IMG/VR virus record: IMGVR_UViG_3300022660_000043
Length of the DNA: 64,000 nucleotides
DNA from: a virus
Taxonomy: Duplodnaviria > Caudoviricetes
Reading direction: 5' to 3' (one strand)
Every line of letters begins with the position of its first letter. Position 1 is the stretch's first letter. Position numbers and translations under genes: made by a program. The notes under the pieces are model-generated. The model was not told the origin of the DNA. It searched no databases and saw nothing but the letters and a program-made list of their open reading frames with translations. Positions 1 through 11,189 of the stretch are shown one piece after another.

Positions 1-1159
1 CTCCTTTAGGGCCTTGCTCACCAGGCTCACCCTGTGGGCCTGTAGCAGCAACACCAGTATCTAAATCACCGATAAACCAATTGCCATTTTCAATGTGAGG
101 GGTTATACCATCAGTACCATCTCTACCGTTTGTAACGCTAAAGCTAGACTCTGTGCTATCAGTATAAACAATACGATATTGTGTAACTAAGCCGGCACTT
201 GCACCAGGATCAGGGGCAATACCAGCAATGCCACGACCTGGATCACCTTTAGGACCCTGTTCACCCTGAATACCTTGTGAACCCTGAGGACCTTGTGGGC
301 CTTGAGCTCCATCTTTACCAGGATCACCTTTATCACCCTTGTCGCCTTTTTCACCTTGGTCGCCCTTATCGCCTTTTTCACCCTGAATACCTTGAATACC
401 CTGTAGGCCTTGTTCGCCAGGGTCACCTTTATCACCTGGGTCGCCTTTAGGACCCTGTGAACCAGTATCACCCTTTGGGCCTGGCTCTCCTGTTGCACCC
501 TTCAAAGAGGCAAGCCAAGCTTCTTCATCACCTTCAAAACCAAGCTCTACTGCTAGAGCATAAGCAGACTGACCATCAGATCCATTCGTGCCATCAGCAC
601 CGTCTATACCATTCTGACCATCCTTACCGTCAACACCGTCTTTACCGTCAGCACCAGCTTCGCCTTTTAGGGACTCAAGCCAAGCAGCTTCATCTCCCTC
701 AAAGCCAAGTTCTACTGCTAGTTGATAGGCAGACTGTCCATCAGCACCATTTTGACCATCTTTACCATCTATGCCGTTTGTACCGTCTTTACCATCTTTA
801 CCATCAGTGCCATTTGCACCGTCAGCTCCTTTTAAAGACGCCAGCCAAGCAGCTTCATCTCCCTCAAATCCAAGGCTAACTGCCAACTGATAGGCAGATT
901 GTCCGTCTTGACCTGCTGGACCCTCCGGACCTTGGGTACCTTGAGGACCTTGAGGTCCTTCTGGACCAGTCTCACCTTGAGGACCTTGAATACCTTGAGG
1001 ACCTTGTGGACCCTGTTTGCCTCGTAATTCTTCGGTTTCAGCTAAAAGTTCTTCTTTTAACTTAGCCGCCATTATTTGTAATTTTACATCTTCACTTGCG
1101 CCTACAGGTACCTGAGGATATCCGCAGCCGCCAGAAGGAATCTTTGGAATTCTTGGCAT
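1..1159 (-). CDS. Collagen-like (Gly-X-Y) tail fibre/spike protein, runs off left edge
   Basis: Not in ORF track. ATG at 1159 after AAGGAG: MPRIPKIPSGGCGYPQ...GKQGPQGPQGIQGPQGE, with repeated SAYQLAVxLGFEGDEAAWLxSLKG blocks typical of phage collagen fibres. Confidence 0.85.
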   Translation of the reverse strand, partial: MPRIPKIPSGGCGYPQVPVGASEDVKLQIMAAKLKEELLAETEELRGKQGPQGPQGIQGPQGETGPEGPQGPQGTQGPEGPAGQDGQSAYQLAVSLGFEGDEAAWLASLKGADGANGTDGKDGKDGTNGIDGKDGQNGADGQSAYQLAVELGFEGDEAAWLESLKGEAGADGKDGVDGKDGQNGIDGADGTNGSDGQSAYALAVELGFEGDEEAWLASLKGATGEPGPKGDTGSQGPKGDPGDKGDPGEQGLQGIQGIQGEKGDKGDQGEKGDKGDKGDPGKDGAQGPQGPQGSQGIQGEQGPKGDPGRGIAGIAPDPGASAGLVTQYRIVYTDSTESSFSVTNGRDGTDGITPHIENGNWFIGDLDTGVAATGPQGEPGEQGPKG

Positions 1160-1233
1160 CTATCTATCTCCTTTTTAGATTTTTGCTTATCGATTAATTT
1201 AGCAAATTAAAGTAATAGGAAAGCCCTAAGGCC

Positions 1234-1452
1234 TCAATTTGAGGCCTTAGGATCATCCAATTCTTCGTATTCAGCAAATTTGCGTTCTTTGTTTACGCAA
1301 ATACCAGTTTTATATATCTGACCAGATTCCTTATGCCTAATAATTTTGCCCGCATCAGGCTCCAGGAGATAGGTTTCATTTAATCTTGATGACAATAGAT
1401 TTCTCTCCATGTCAAAGATTTTTGTAATATTCTGTACTATAGTTATTTTCAT
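1234..1452 (-). CDS. Hypothetical protein
   Basis: 72-aa ORF, GGAGG SD, directly after the giant gene. Confidence 0.7.
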   Translation of the reverse strand: MKITIVQNITKIFDMERNLLSSRLNETYLLEPDAGKIIRHKESGQIYKTGICVNKERKFAEYEELDDPKASN

Positions 1453-1463
1453 AAAAACCTCCG

Positions 1464-4400
1464 TTAAACGTCTGCACCTGAAAAGTCTAATTCAAAAGCA
1501 GTATTTGTATCCGCGTTATAAGCATAAATACGCCAACAAGGACCATAGGCGTCTATTATTGAATAATGTAGTGGATCACTAATAAATACTTTTGGTACCT
1601 GAGGCATTAAATTAGCATCACAACCGTAGAACCAGCCATCAGTAAAGTTAGTTATACTAGGTCTACTAGAAGTAAGTCTTAATATCACATTCGTTAATGT
1701 AGAAGTAAATCCAAATACTCTAGGACCTAGATAGCTTACTGTACTCGGAACATCTACTGAAGATAACGCTGTGTAATAGAAAGCTTCTTCCTCAATAGAA
1801 GTTACTGTTGCTGGAATTGTAATTTGTGTAATAGCAGAACCCTTAAAAGCGCCCTTACCTATAGTTACAAGGGTGTCAGGCAAATCTACACTTTCAAGAT
1901 AAGATTGTCTAAAGTTTACGCCAGCAGCAAAAGCATACTCAGGAATTTTAGTAGTCCAAGCATATTCTATATCATACTTAGTTTGTTTACCTGCACCAAT
2001 ACCCCAGTCAATAGGCCCAGCAGAATTCAATCTTAAAGTACTATTAAATATACGCTCTCCAACCTGTAATTCCGGGTTAAGCAATACTACCTTTTCAAGT
2101 TTACCACAGTTACCAAATGCCTCTGACTTAATAAGATTAATATACTCTGGTACAATAAGCTCTTTAATACCGCTATTATTAGCGAATTGGCTACCTATTT
2201 CTCTTAAGGCCCCATTTTCTTCAAAGATAATTCTTGTTAAATTGGAGCAATTAGCAAATACATTGTTTCCTACCTCTAGCACAGTCTTTGGAATAATAAT
2301 ATCACCTGTAAGGCCAGAGCAGTTCTCAAATGCTTGAGTACCAATTCTTGTAATACTAGAAGGAATGTCTATTGTTTTTATTTTTCTGCATACCGCAAAA
2401 GCGGCAGTAGCAATAGAAGTCATGTAAGGTGTTAGTTTTAACTCTGTAATATTAGCACCTTTAAATGCATAATCACCTGTAGTAACTAGATCCCATGCAA
2501 ATTCTATGTCAGTTATACAGCAAGCTGGATCTACAGCTTGGTTTTTAAAGCTACCACCTAATTTATAGCCATGTGGAGTACCATAAATTTCTACAATATA
2601 AGTACCTGGCTCAGAATAAGTATGAGAAACAGACGTGGTATAAATAGTTTGTGAGCTTGAAAATTCTCCAGAGTCATCTCCAAAATATATTTTTATATCG
2701 TTTGCCCTATTTTGAGAGTAATTAATTGTTATGGTATAAGGATCTATTACTTCATCGTCTGCAGGCTTATCTTCTAAAGCATTAATATCAAATGGAATTT
2801 GAATAGTTACTTTAGTTGGGGTACGATATTCCTGCCACTCTGCATAAAGTTGCATATCTCCCTCAACAACATCAGTATCAAAATCCCATCTATTTATTAA
2901 TCCAGGTTCAGTGTACCAGTTGCTTATAATATAGCCTGCATGGTAGAGAGGCAAAGGCAAGTTAACTTTATGTAGGTAAGTAATAGTTTGGTCTTCAACT
3001 ACTTTATCATTTATCTCCTGCCCTGTAGTGAACTTAACCACATAGTTTTTAGGTGAACAGGTAGTCTCTACTGTAAAATCTGTATTAATTACCTGAGAAC
3101 TACCATTTTCAACTATCTCCCCATTAACTAATATACTTAATTTTTCATAGTGTGGGTCTAAGGTTGAAGTAACAGATACAGTTGTGCCACTCAAAGCAAA
3201 TGTAGTAAGAATATTTTCAGCTTCTTTAACCACGATACTATCTGTGCCAACTGCAGGTAAATAAATAATAGGCTTAGAAATAAGTTTTGTGTTAGCTACA
3301 TTACCATTTTTATCTGTAATCCAAAAGTAGTACTCACCAGAATTATCAATTTGTTGTTCACCAATCCATGAAGTAACAGGCGTTAGTGTATTCCATTCTT
3401 GAGGAGCATCAGCAGAGTTATGAATAAGCGCCCAACCTGAAATACCTAAGTTATCTTTAGCTTCAAAAGAAAATGTATTAAAATTCTTTCTAGTAGCAAC
3501 TACAGTAGGTTTATTTGCGTCTTCCCATTTTGCAGTTAAAATCACATTATCTGTAACTAGAGTCGGATTTTCAGTATTAAAAGACCAGTATTGATTGTCA
3601 GGTGTATACCAGCCAAGCAGTGTAACACCCTCAGGAATTCCAGTACAAATAGGTTCTTCCACTGCAGTGCCGTAATATTTAACAATTTCTGTAGGATTAA
3701 CTACGATTATATCAGAATCAGCATTAAAGCTTACCTTATACTGCTGTATATATTCGTCATATACGGCTGTAATTACGATATTTCTAGTAATCTTATCCTC
3801 AGCTGTCCATGTTTTATTATCATCAGTCTTCCAACTATTGAATACCCAATAGTTTTTTTGAGTCTCTGGCTTAGTAGGGTCTCCAGGATAATATGCATTG
3901 AAGCCCTGGTTAACTAGCTGCTCGTTAAAGATCTCACCGTTGTTAATAAATGTAACAGAACATACAACTGCATCAGTATTGATAATTACTTCAGGGTATC
4001 TAGCTGAGAACTCAGTATACTCAGCATAGGGAATATGAGGTACAAAGACTTTACCTGTAACCTGTGCCTTAGCAGTTGTAAGACCCTCAGAATCAAGACC
4101 TTGCATTGTATCTAAGAGCTCATAGAAATCTCTTAGATCTTCCCACTTCTCATAAGTCTCATCAATACCAATAAGTCTTACAGCTGAATTATATTTCATC
4201 TGTGCTACTAAAGCTTTAGCATCAATAGAGGTAGATGGAATATTTTCTAGCCACAAAGACTCAATATTACTAGTACCAGCAAGTTGCAAGTCATTTAGCA
4301 GTGGCTGATTCTTAATTGTAAGCTTAGTTAGAGTTTCAGGAAGGTGAAGTACCTTGATATTACCACCATCAGGAAGAGTAATACCTGTGATCTTGGTACC

Positions 4401-7400
4401 ATCAAAGTAAATTTCCTCAATATTTGTGCACTTACTAATATCAATAGCTTGCGCCAGATTAATACAGTTTCTAACATCAAGTGTTCTTAACAATGTATTA
4501 CTTCCAAGAGTGAGCTCTTTCAAGTGTGGATTAGAATAATCAGGGCTTGCATCACCAATCTTAAGATCCTGAAGCTTTACAGCATTACCAACCTTAACAG
4601 TATCTGGGTGGAAAGGCGAAATATCACCAATAGACTTAAGCTGAGAAGCTGAATAAATATAGGTTTCCTGGTCGTTCTGTTTTTCATCACGGCCAAAAGG
4701 ATTTTCTATAATAATAGGTTCGTTTCTCTTAGCACGCTTTGACTTTGTACCTACAGCAGAGTTTGCAAAGCTTACAGTTGCATAGATATCTGCATAAGGT
4801 GTGATAGTAATATTAGGCTTCTCAACGCCAGCTTCTACATAAGCACGGAACTGAATGAAGTCAGCTTTAGCATCACCAGCATTAAATTTACTATCCATAT
4901 ACTTAAATCTGTTATAAAGCCACCATTTACGCTGCTGCGCTTTACTTCCTTGAAGCATTTCAAGATAGTTATCGCCGTTAGCAAGAGGTTTTACGTATTT
5001 GATTGAAGCATCTTCGTTAAATATACTTTCAGTCCACTTGCCTTGATGCTCTTCAAACATTCTTTCTACGTTCTCATAACTAATAAGCTTCTGAGTACGA
5101 AGAGTTGCATACATTTCTGCAATTTCACCAGGGAAAGCATCTCTCAAATTTGTCCAGATTACAGAATCCTGACCGTTATAAACGTCAGCACCATTAAGCT
5201 GGTCGAAGTCTTCGAGATTATAATCGAAGGAAAGCTTACCTTTGTTATCGATACCGATTGCAGTGTCCATGTCATAAGGCAACCAGAACCAACGATCGCC
5301 ACCGTCACCTGCAGTTCTAGACTTAAAATAAGTCGGGAACGCGTTTTTAGCTCTTGAGTCAATCATCAAGAACAATAAAGTAAATATATAATAGAAAATA
5401 GTAGAGTCTACATTAAACCAATCAGCTAATTCAGCTTTAAATTTAGTTAAACGATACTCTGCAGTATCTGCTTCGAATGATTTTGATACCTTTACTTTAG
5501 AAAATGTACCATCTTCAGCTTTAGTAGTCTCATCGTATTCAAAAGTAATAGGCTCAGGTAGAGGCTCATTAGTCGCTTCGGCTCTATAGGTAGAAGCTAA
5601 CCAAGCAGACATAGGTCCAAGCTTGGACATGTCATTATAGCCATCTTCATCTGGGAAACGAATTTCAAGTCCGTTCTCAAAATTATCTACTGTAATTGGA
5701 ACTTGGAACTTACCTTCAGCTGCAGAGTTATTAGCAATTTCCCAAGACTCGTCACCGTCAGCAAAACCATAAACATCTTCGTTAGCTTTATCATTGTTAA
5801 AGTTTGCTTTAGTGCAGAAACTTACATTTCCATCAGAATCTTGATGGAAAGCAACTACAGGGAAGCCATCAATACCCACACGAGTCTTAACTGCTTTAAT
5901 ATCTCCACCATTTTTAAGTAATTCCGCCTTCTGAGGAGGTGTAAATATACCTGCAGCTAAGGCAGCTTCATTATAGAGTCTAACAAGTTCTACGTTGTTA
6001 GCACCTTCAGAAGATGCATAGTCCACTTTGAAAGTATAATAATTAGCTCCAATACCATCTGGGTAGGTAATTGGGAATTCTTTTATCTCATCTCCATTAT
6101 CATCATACCAAACTGCGCCCTTACTTGAACGAATTCTGAGTCTTATGTTCTTTACTGGATAAACAGATGATGAAGTACCCTGTACATTATACTCAGCATT
6201 TTCAGCAGTAAAGTTACGTTCTGGCTGATTAGTGTCTACATAACGTGCATTACCATTACGTTTATCACCTTTATACTCTGGCAACGGATCAATATCCCAT
6301 ATGATATAGGGAAGATCTGCAGGAAGCTGCGAAATAACAATTTCATTTTTATCATTATAGTTATTATTTCTAGCAAAACGCTTAACACGTAAAGAAGCAT
6401 CCTGAGTATCAGCAATCCAGTTGTTAACAACCTGCTTACTATTTAAACTATTGTCATAAATACGAATATTATAGATGTCAAGAATAGCATCATTAGAACC
6501 AATCTCAATATAATCAGGATCAAGTTGTCTAAAGCTATCATCTGCAGGATATTGACAAGCACCAGATGCAATACCATTAATATACATCCAAATAATTCGG
6601 TTTGCAGTATTTCTTTCGATAACGAAAGTAAGTCTTACGTGTTCTTCTTCTTTATATTGAGAAGAAAGCGAAGACTGTTGCGATCTAAATGCAGCAACTT
6701 GTGGGGTTACATAGAAACCTCGAGCCTGTAAAGAGTAATTAATAATAATGTTATCTCCAAGATAAACAAACTCTTCTCCCTCGCCCTCAATATTGAGCAC
6801 ACTTTCTGTTAAAGTAATACCCCAGTCTTCTAGATCTACTATTGTTTTATCATAGACCCAGCCTTCAGCAGTATAGTTTAATACGTGGCTACCAAGAGTA
6901 AGCTCCTTAGCCTTTAATTTTTCTGTATTTAACTCAACGTCAAATACTTTTTTACGAGTATCTTGCTCGACAAAAGAAGTATCTGCTGCGTAGAAATCAG
7001 TTCTGGACTTATCTAAGCATGAAATAATTGTTGAGCTGTAGTTTCTAACTGCACTTGTAGCTATTTCAAGTTCAATAGTTTTACCTCTTGTCTTAAAATC
7101 ATCCTTAAATGGCATGTAGGGTATTTTTACTCTAGCATCGCCACTAACTCTAAGAACGGTATTACCCTCAGCATCATTAACCCAACCATTAGAGCTCCAG
7201 TTAAAGTTAGTTAGCTCACAGCTAATATTATTAGCTTTGTCTTCCCATAGGTTTCTTTCTGTTGCAGCCTCAGCATTAGATCTACCCTGAGTGGTCAAAC
7301 CAAGTACAAGGTCAGAAGTAACAGGAGTAAGCTCTACAGAAGATTTGTTAATATGGATTTTAAACGACTTTTTAGTTTTGCCACATACTATTTCTAAGGT

Positions 7401-8597
7401 ATAATTACCTGGTACGTCATTTTTATAGTTCCAGTATTGTACCGCTGAGTTAACGGTTAACTGTTGAACAGAAGTTCCATTTACAAAAAGCTCAACATCA
7501 AAGCTATTTCTGTCATAAATAAATACACGGTATGGGATATTAAAGCTTATAAACTGTTCCTGCTCTAGCTCATTAAAAGTAGAAGCAATAATAGGAGTTT
7601 TATTTCCGGCTTTATAGTAAATTAAATCATAATACAGAATATTTGATTTAACTGCTACACCGCCCACAACTGAAATAAAGTAAACTTCTAGGCTATGGGA
7701 GCCATGACTAAGGTCTTTAATCTGGAAAGTTTGAGATTCACCAGTAGATTTTACTCTCTGGGTACCCAAATTTTTTCCGTCTACTACAAAATATACGGTT
7801 TTATCAAGGTCACCGTAGGGAGTATAAGTATAGTTAATAACGCCAGTATAACTCAAATCAGCATTAAAGTCTGATTTTAACTCAAGTGTTACTGCATTTA
7901 CTGTACTGACTGTAATACCAGTTGTTCCATACATATCAAGTACTTTAACTTGAATATTATTAGAGCCAGCTATAATGTGTTTAGTTACATCAAAAGTTAC
8001 AATACCCTGTTCAACGTTGGATCTAACCTCGACTTGTTTCGAGTTTACAGTTAGATACATAGTGCCATTACCAGTAGGAGAATTATCTTCTCCAATAGTT
8101 GATGACCAATTTATAGAAAGCTCAGTTTTTGCGCCAACAACAATAGTAGCAGGCCATTCATGAGGCTTAATATTAACTGTGGTAACTCCGCCACCTCCAG
8201 ATCCACCACCAGATCCTCCTGCTCCGAGGTTATAAGGCCCAGAAATTACTGAGTCCTTAGTTCCCATTTTGGTTACTGGGTCTACTTCTGACGTTAGGTA
8301 CCAGTAAGATTTACGAGCAAGCTGTTTCATTGCATCAAAATAGAGACCCTTAGCTTTGCCGCTAATGGCTTCATCTATCAAGGGCATTGCAGTCTTAGAG
8401 TTTAACTTAGAGTCTAGCTCATGTCTTAAGCCAGTAACAGCTTCAATTGGGTGCTGATTCTCTAAATCTCTATTTATTAATCTATTATGGTCTGCGGATC
8501 CGCCTCCGGAAGCGCTTGCCTTGGCAGTAAAGCTTGCGTTGCGGCTAGTTACGGAACCAGAAAGCTTTTTATTATTATTAATTGTTCCACTCGCCAT
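1464..8597 (-). CDS. Giant tail-associated/adhesin-like protein: beta-rich N-terminus, CotH-like kinase-fold region, LRR, InlB B-repeats, PKD-like, BspA-type LRRs
   Basis: 2377 aa. DSRAKN...WLPYDMDT (CotH-like); FxGWY...WDF...VxxDxxLYAxW (B-repeat); IPxxVxxIGxxAF repeats (BspA/LRR_5). Confidence 0.75.
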   Translation of the reverse strand: MASGTINNNKKLSGSVTSRNASFTAKASASGGGSADHNRLINRDLENQHPIEAVTGLRHELDSKLNSKTAMPLIDEAISGKAKGLYFDAMKQLARKSYWYLTSEVDPVTKMGTKDSVISGPYNLGAGGSGGGSGGGGVTTVNIKPHEWPATIVVGAKTELSINWSSTIGEDNSPTGNGTMYLTVNSKQVEVRSNVEQGIVTFDVTKHIIAGSNNIQVKVLDMYGTTGITVSTVNAVTLELKSDFNADLSYTGVINYTYTPYGDLDKTVYFVVDGKNLGTQRVKSTGESQTFQIKDLSHGSHSLEVYFISVVGGVAVKSNILYYDLIYYKAGNKTPIIASTFNELEQEQFISFNIPYRVFIYDRNSFDVELFVNGTSVQQLTVNSAVQYWNYKNDVPGNYTLEIVCGKTKKSFKIHINKSSVELTPVTSDLVLGLTTQGRSNAEAATERNLWEDKANNISCELTNFNWSSNGWVNDAEGNTVLRVSGDARVKIPYMPFKDDFKTRGKTIELEIATSAVRNYSSTIISCLDKSRTDFYAADTSFVEQDTRKKVFDVELNTEKLKAKELTLGSHVLNYTAEGWVYDKTIVDLEDWGITLTESVLNIEGEGEEFVYLGDNIIINYSLQARGFYVTPQVAAFRSQQSSLSSQYKEEEHVRLTFVIERNTANRIIWMYINGIASGACQYPADDSFRQLDPDYIEIGSNDAILDIYNIRIYDNSLNSKQVVNNWIADTQDASLRVKRFARNNNYNDKNEIVISQLPADLPYIIWDIDPLPEYKGDKRNGNARYVDTNQPERNFTAENAEYNVQGTSSSVYPVKNIRLRIRSSKGAVWYDDNGDEIKEFPITYPDGIGANYYTFKVDYASSEGANNVELVRLYNEAALAAGIFTPPQKAELLKNGGDIKAVKTRVGIDGFPVVAFHQDSDGNVSFCTKANFNNDKANEDVYGFADGDESWEIANNSAAEGKFQVPITVDNFENGLEIRFPDEDGYNDMSKLGPMSAWLASTYRAEATNEPLPEPITFEYDETTKAEDGTFSKVKVSKSFEADTAEYRLTKFKAELADWFNVDSTIFYYIFTLLFLMIDSRAKNAFPTYFKSRTAGDGGDRWFWLPYDMDTAIGIDNKGKLSFDYNLEDFDQLNGADVYNGQDSVIWTNLRDAFPGEIAEMYATLRTQKLISYENVERMFEEHQGKWTESIFNEDASIKYVKPLANGDNYLEMLQGSKAQQRKWWLYNRFKYMDSKFNAGDAKADFIQFRAYVEAGVEKPNITITPYADIYATVSFANSAVGTKSKRAKRNEPIIIENPFGRDEKQNDQETYIYSASQLKSIGDISPFHPDTVKVGNAVKLQDLKIGDASPDYSNPHLKELTLGSNTLLRTLDVRNCINLAQAIDISKCTNIEEIYFDGTKITGITLPDGGNIKVLHLPETLTKLTIKNQPLLNDLQLAGTSNIESLWLENIPSTSIDAKALVAQMKYNSAVRLIGIDETYEKWEDLRDFYELLDTMQGLDSEGLTTAKAQVTGKVFVPHIPYAEYTEFSARYPEVIINTDAVVCSVTFINNGEIFNEQLVNQGFNAYYPGDPTKPETQKNYWVFNSWKTDDNKTWTAEDKITRNIVITAVYDEYIQQYKVSFNADSDIIVVNPTEIVKYYGTAVEEPICTGIPEGVTLLGWYTPDNQYWSFNTENPTLVTDNVILTAKWEDANKPTVVATRKNFNTFSFEAKDNLGISGWALIHNSADAPQEWNTLTPVTSWIGEQQIDNSGEYYFWITDKNGNVANTKLISKPIIYLPAVGTDSIVVKEAENILTTFALSGTTVSVTSTLDPHYEKLSILVNGEIVENGSSQVINTDFTVETTCSPKNYVVKFTTGQEINDKVVEDQTITYLHKVNLPLPLYHAGYIISNWYTEPGLINRWDFDTDVVEGDMQLYAEWQEYRTPTKVTIQIPFDINALEDKPADDEVIDPYTITINYSQNRANDIKIYFGDDSGEFSSSQTIYTTSVSHTYSEPGTYIVEIYGTPHGYKLGGSFKNQAVDPACCITDIEFAWDLVTTGDYAFKGANITELKLTPYMTSIATAAFAVCRKIKTIDIPSSITRIGTQAFENCSGLTGDIIIPKTVLEVGNNVFANCSNLTRIIFEENGALREIGSQFANNSGIKELIVPEYINLIKSEAFGNCGKLEKVVLLNPELQVGERIFNSTLRLNSAGPIDWGIGAGKQTKYDIEYAWTTKIPEYAFAAGVNFRQSYLESVDLPDTLVTIGKGAFKGSAITQITIPATVTSIEEEAFYYTALSSVDVPSTVSYLGPRVFGFTSTLTNVILRLTSSRPSITNFTDGWFYGCDANLMPQVPKVFISDPLHYSIIDAYGPCWRIYAYNADTNTAFELDFSGADV

Positions 8598-8610
8598 AGT
8601 TTATTTCCTC

Positions 8611-9000
8611 TTAGTCACAAATAATGAATTTAGTTTTATTAATGACAGTTACTACTCTGTCAACTCGGTCTCCAGTGGGTAAACCAGTATTAGGATCAAT
8701 ATCATCATGATTCAAATGCAGCTTAACCGCATAAAAATATTTGCCTGGATAAAGATCTAAAGTATCTTCAGGTTTTAAACTAATTACTAAGTTTCCCATA
8801 TCATCAGTGTCTTCTACTGTAAATTTTTTTCTCACCAATGCAACCTCAAAAGGCTGCCCAGGATCCATTAAACCAAAATATACAGTATCATCACCAGTAA
8901 GTCTATATCGTCCACTTGCGGAAGCTTCATCAGAAATTGTTAAATCAAAATCATAAGAATCTCCACGGTTCATTACAATAATATTATTTAAAGCTCCCAT
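8611..9000 (-). CDS. BppU-like baseplate/structural protein
   Basis: MNRGDSYDF...LKPEDTLDLYPGKYFYAVKL pattern; late-gene context. Confidence 0.55.
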   Translation of the reverse strand: MGALNNIIVMNRGDSYDFDLTISDEASASGRYRLTGDDTVYFGLMDPGQPFEVALVRKKFTVEDTDDMGNLVISLKPEDTLDLYPGKYFYAVKLHLNHDDIDPNTGLPTGDRVDRVVTVINKTKFIICD

Positions 9001-9002
9001 AA

Positions 9003-9638
9003 TTAGCCTCCAATTCTTGCAAATAGGCTATCTATAACACCGATAGGGTGCTGAGGCTCAATAATAATAGAGTCATTATTTCCAAGGCTAGCAAAACTGT
9101 CGGTATTTAATCTAATAACAATCTCAAACTCAACCATAGTTTCTGGAGTAGTAGCATAAAAATATGCAGTTTCTTTAGATGAAAGAATTAAGGAAATATA
9201 ATCATAACCAATACCAGAGCTCTGACAGAAGTGTGGGTCTAAAATATATTTAGTATTTCTCCAGCTGTAATTACCATCTACTACTTCATAATAGCCAAGC
9301 TCTTTTGGGTTATCACCGGGTTCTAATACTTCAGTACCTGTACATTGGTATGATTCATCATCTTCACCAATAGACTGTATATTGGAATAATATGTTTTAC
9401 CAGCTACTGGGATTTCATCCTCAGTCTCAACGATATATGTGAACATTTTATACCAATGAGTAGTTTTACCCTGCTTCAAAATAAAAGTTATCTGATCTGT
9501 ATCCTCAAAACTGTAAACCTTGTTTCCAAAATTAAAGTTTAAAGTTGCGGTAGTACCTCTAGTAATGTAAATAACTTCATGAGCTCTTGCCATTGAGGGG
9601 CTCAAAGATAATGTTGTTCTAATATCAAAATTTCTCAT
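9003..9638 (-). CDS. Hypothetical structural protein
   Basis: 211-aa ORF with SD in late operon. Confidence 0.7.
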   Translation of the reverse strand: MRNFDIRTTLSLSPSMARAHEVIYITRGTTATLNFNFGNKVYSFEDTDQITFILKQGKTTHWYKMFTYIVETEDEIPVAGKTYYSNIQSIGEDDESYQCTGTEVLEPGDNPKELGYYEVVDGNYSWRNTKYILDPHFCQSSGIGYDYISLILSSKETAYFYATTPETMVEFEIVIRLNTDSFASLGNNDSIIIEPQHPIGVIDSLFARIGG

Positions 9639-9648
9639 GTTTATCTCC

Positions 9649-10107
9649 TCATCTAATAACTAATAATCCATCTCGCTCCGAGAATAAAGGATAACTTCCA
9701 TCAGAAAACTCAAGAGTTAGCTTAATGCTATATGATTCTTTTCTCAATTTAGACATATCAGCGGAAGTTAAATTAATGACAATATCATTTGTATTGCTAT
9801 TAAAGACCTCTTGAATGCTAAATGTTTTTTCTAGTGCTACTTTATGATTAGTAGTAATCAGCTCAAATTTAACTAAACTATCAGTTAAGATATCTAATAA
9901 ACTCTGGCCAGAAGTCTCTACTAAATTAAAGTACAAAGTAGTAGGCATCTCATAATTGACTTCTAGACCAATTGGGTCACCTTTAATATTACAGATTAAT
10001 GCTGACCTAGAACTAGATGTTAAATCTGGAAATAGTGGTCGTATAGGACAAGCATGTTCTAAATCAACGTCTATATTATTGTCATAATTATAAAACATAT
10101 TGCTCAT
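9649..10107 (-). CDS. Hypothetical structural protein
   Basis: 152-aa ORF, AAGGAG SD, preceded by TGCTAAATTA motif. Confidence 0.7.
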   Translation of the reverse strand: MSNMFYNYDNNIDVDLEHACPIRPLFPDLTSSSRSALICNIKGDPIGLEVNYEMPTTLYFNLVETSGQSLLDILTDSLVKFELITTNHKVALEKTFSIQEVFNSNTNDIVINLTSADMSKLRKESYSIKLTLEFSDGSYPLFSERDGLLVIR

Positions 10108-10169
10108 AATGGTTTCTCCTTATAAAAACTCGCTAATCAAATAATTTAGCAAATGTTTATAATATAAAA

Positions 10170-10198
10170 GGATCGCCCCTCAAAAGAAGGACGATCCT
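10170..10198 (-). terminator. Hairpin terminator after holin-like gene
   Basis: ggatcgcccct...aggacgatcc inverted repeat followed by a short U tract on the minus strand. Confidence 0.55.
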
Positions 10199-10207
10199 AA
10201 AGCTTTA

Positions 10208-10546
10208 TTATTTCATACTATTTACAAAGTCTATAGTCTGATCAATATACAAACTAAGCTGGTCTAAAAACATACTTAAATCTAGATTTGCAGCTAGCGC
10301 ACTTGCTTTTATTGATTCTATAACCATATCTTTTTTATCTGCACCTGACGCTCCTGATTTCTCAGCTATCTTCATAGCAGCGTCGGCCATTTCCATAATA
10401 AGCGCCCACTGCTCTGCTCTGGTCTTTTCTTTAATAGCTTTCAACCAGTTTTTAATGGCAAAAAATGTACCAATACCTGTTCCAATCAGGCCTAAAAAAC
10501 TTGTAAGCAGGACAATGAGCTCATTTGCTGTGCTCATAAATTCCAT
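10208..10546 (-). CDS. Holin-like protein (LL-H type)
   Basis: Single N-terminal TM followed by AMKIAEKSGASGADKK...V...ID motif. Confidence 0.6.
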   Translation of the reverse strand: MEFMSTANELIVLLTSFLGLIGTGIGTFFAIKNWLKAIKEKTRAEQWALIMEMADAAMKIAEKSGASGADKKDMVIESIKASALAANLDLSMFLDQLSLYIDQTIDFVNSMK

Positions 10547-10571
10547 TTAGCTTTTCCTTTCTAATATTCTC

Positions 10572-11189
10572 TTATAATACTCTGCTGGACATTAGTGCAG
10601 CAAGTCTTTCCGTGTCGCACATTGAAATTTCTTCTAGATCATTCATTGCCGGAAGTACAGTCTTATGAATATAATCATTTCCATCAAGTTTTTCATAGTC
10701 TTTTACCTGAGACATAAAAGCCTTACGTTCCATTTCAGACCAAGCTTTCATGGGATTTTTATTTGGATTGGTAAATAATCTATATTCATTAATTAACTTC
10801 TGTCTTAAATCATTCTTCGCACGTTCATTAGTCTGCGCCTGTGTTGCCTTAAGTCGCTCATCCATAGCTATTATAGTTTCTTTGAGAGCTTTACATAGCT
10901 GAACAACTTCACTATTTTCTGCCTCTAGCTTAGCTTGGATCTGAAAACTTTGCTGACGATATCCAGGAAGAGCATCAACAGCTTGTTCTACGCGTTTTAA
11001 TCTAGCATCAATTTCGGCTTTATATTCTCTTTCAGCTTTTTCTTTTGCAGCCACCGCTTTTAGCTCCTCCTCCTTCTGTTTTTTTATTGCCGCTGGAAGG
11101 GCAATTAGCTTATTAAACATAAGCGTCACTACTAGTGTTACTATAACAGATAGCACTGTAGCTAAAATTGTGGTTCCTACATTCTGCAT
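10572..11189 (-). CDS. Membrane-anchored coiled-coil protein (lysis cassette)
   Basis: N-terminal TM, coiled coil, C-terminal YEKLDGNDYI motif; adjacent to holin-like gene. Confidence 0.6.
   Translation of the reverse strand: MQNVGTTILATVLSVIVTLVVTLMFNKLIALPAAIKKQKEEELKAVAAKEKAEREYKAEIDARLKRVEQAVDALPGYRQQSFQIQAKLEAENSEVVQLCKALKETIIAMDERLKATQAQTNERAKNDLRQKLINEYRLFTNPNKNPMKAWSEMERKAFMSQVKDYEKLDGNDYIHKTVLPAMNDLEEISMCDTERLAALMSSRVL

Noticed and set aside
187-879. ORFs 187-498(-) and 457-879(+)
   Set aside because: Alternative frames of the collagen-repeat gene.
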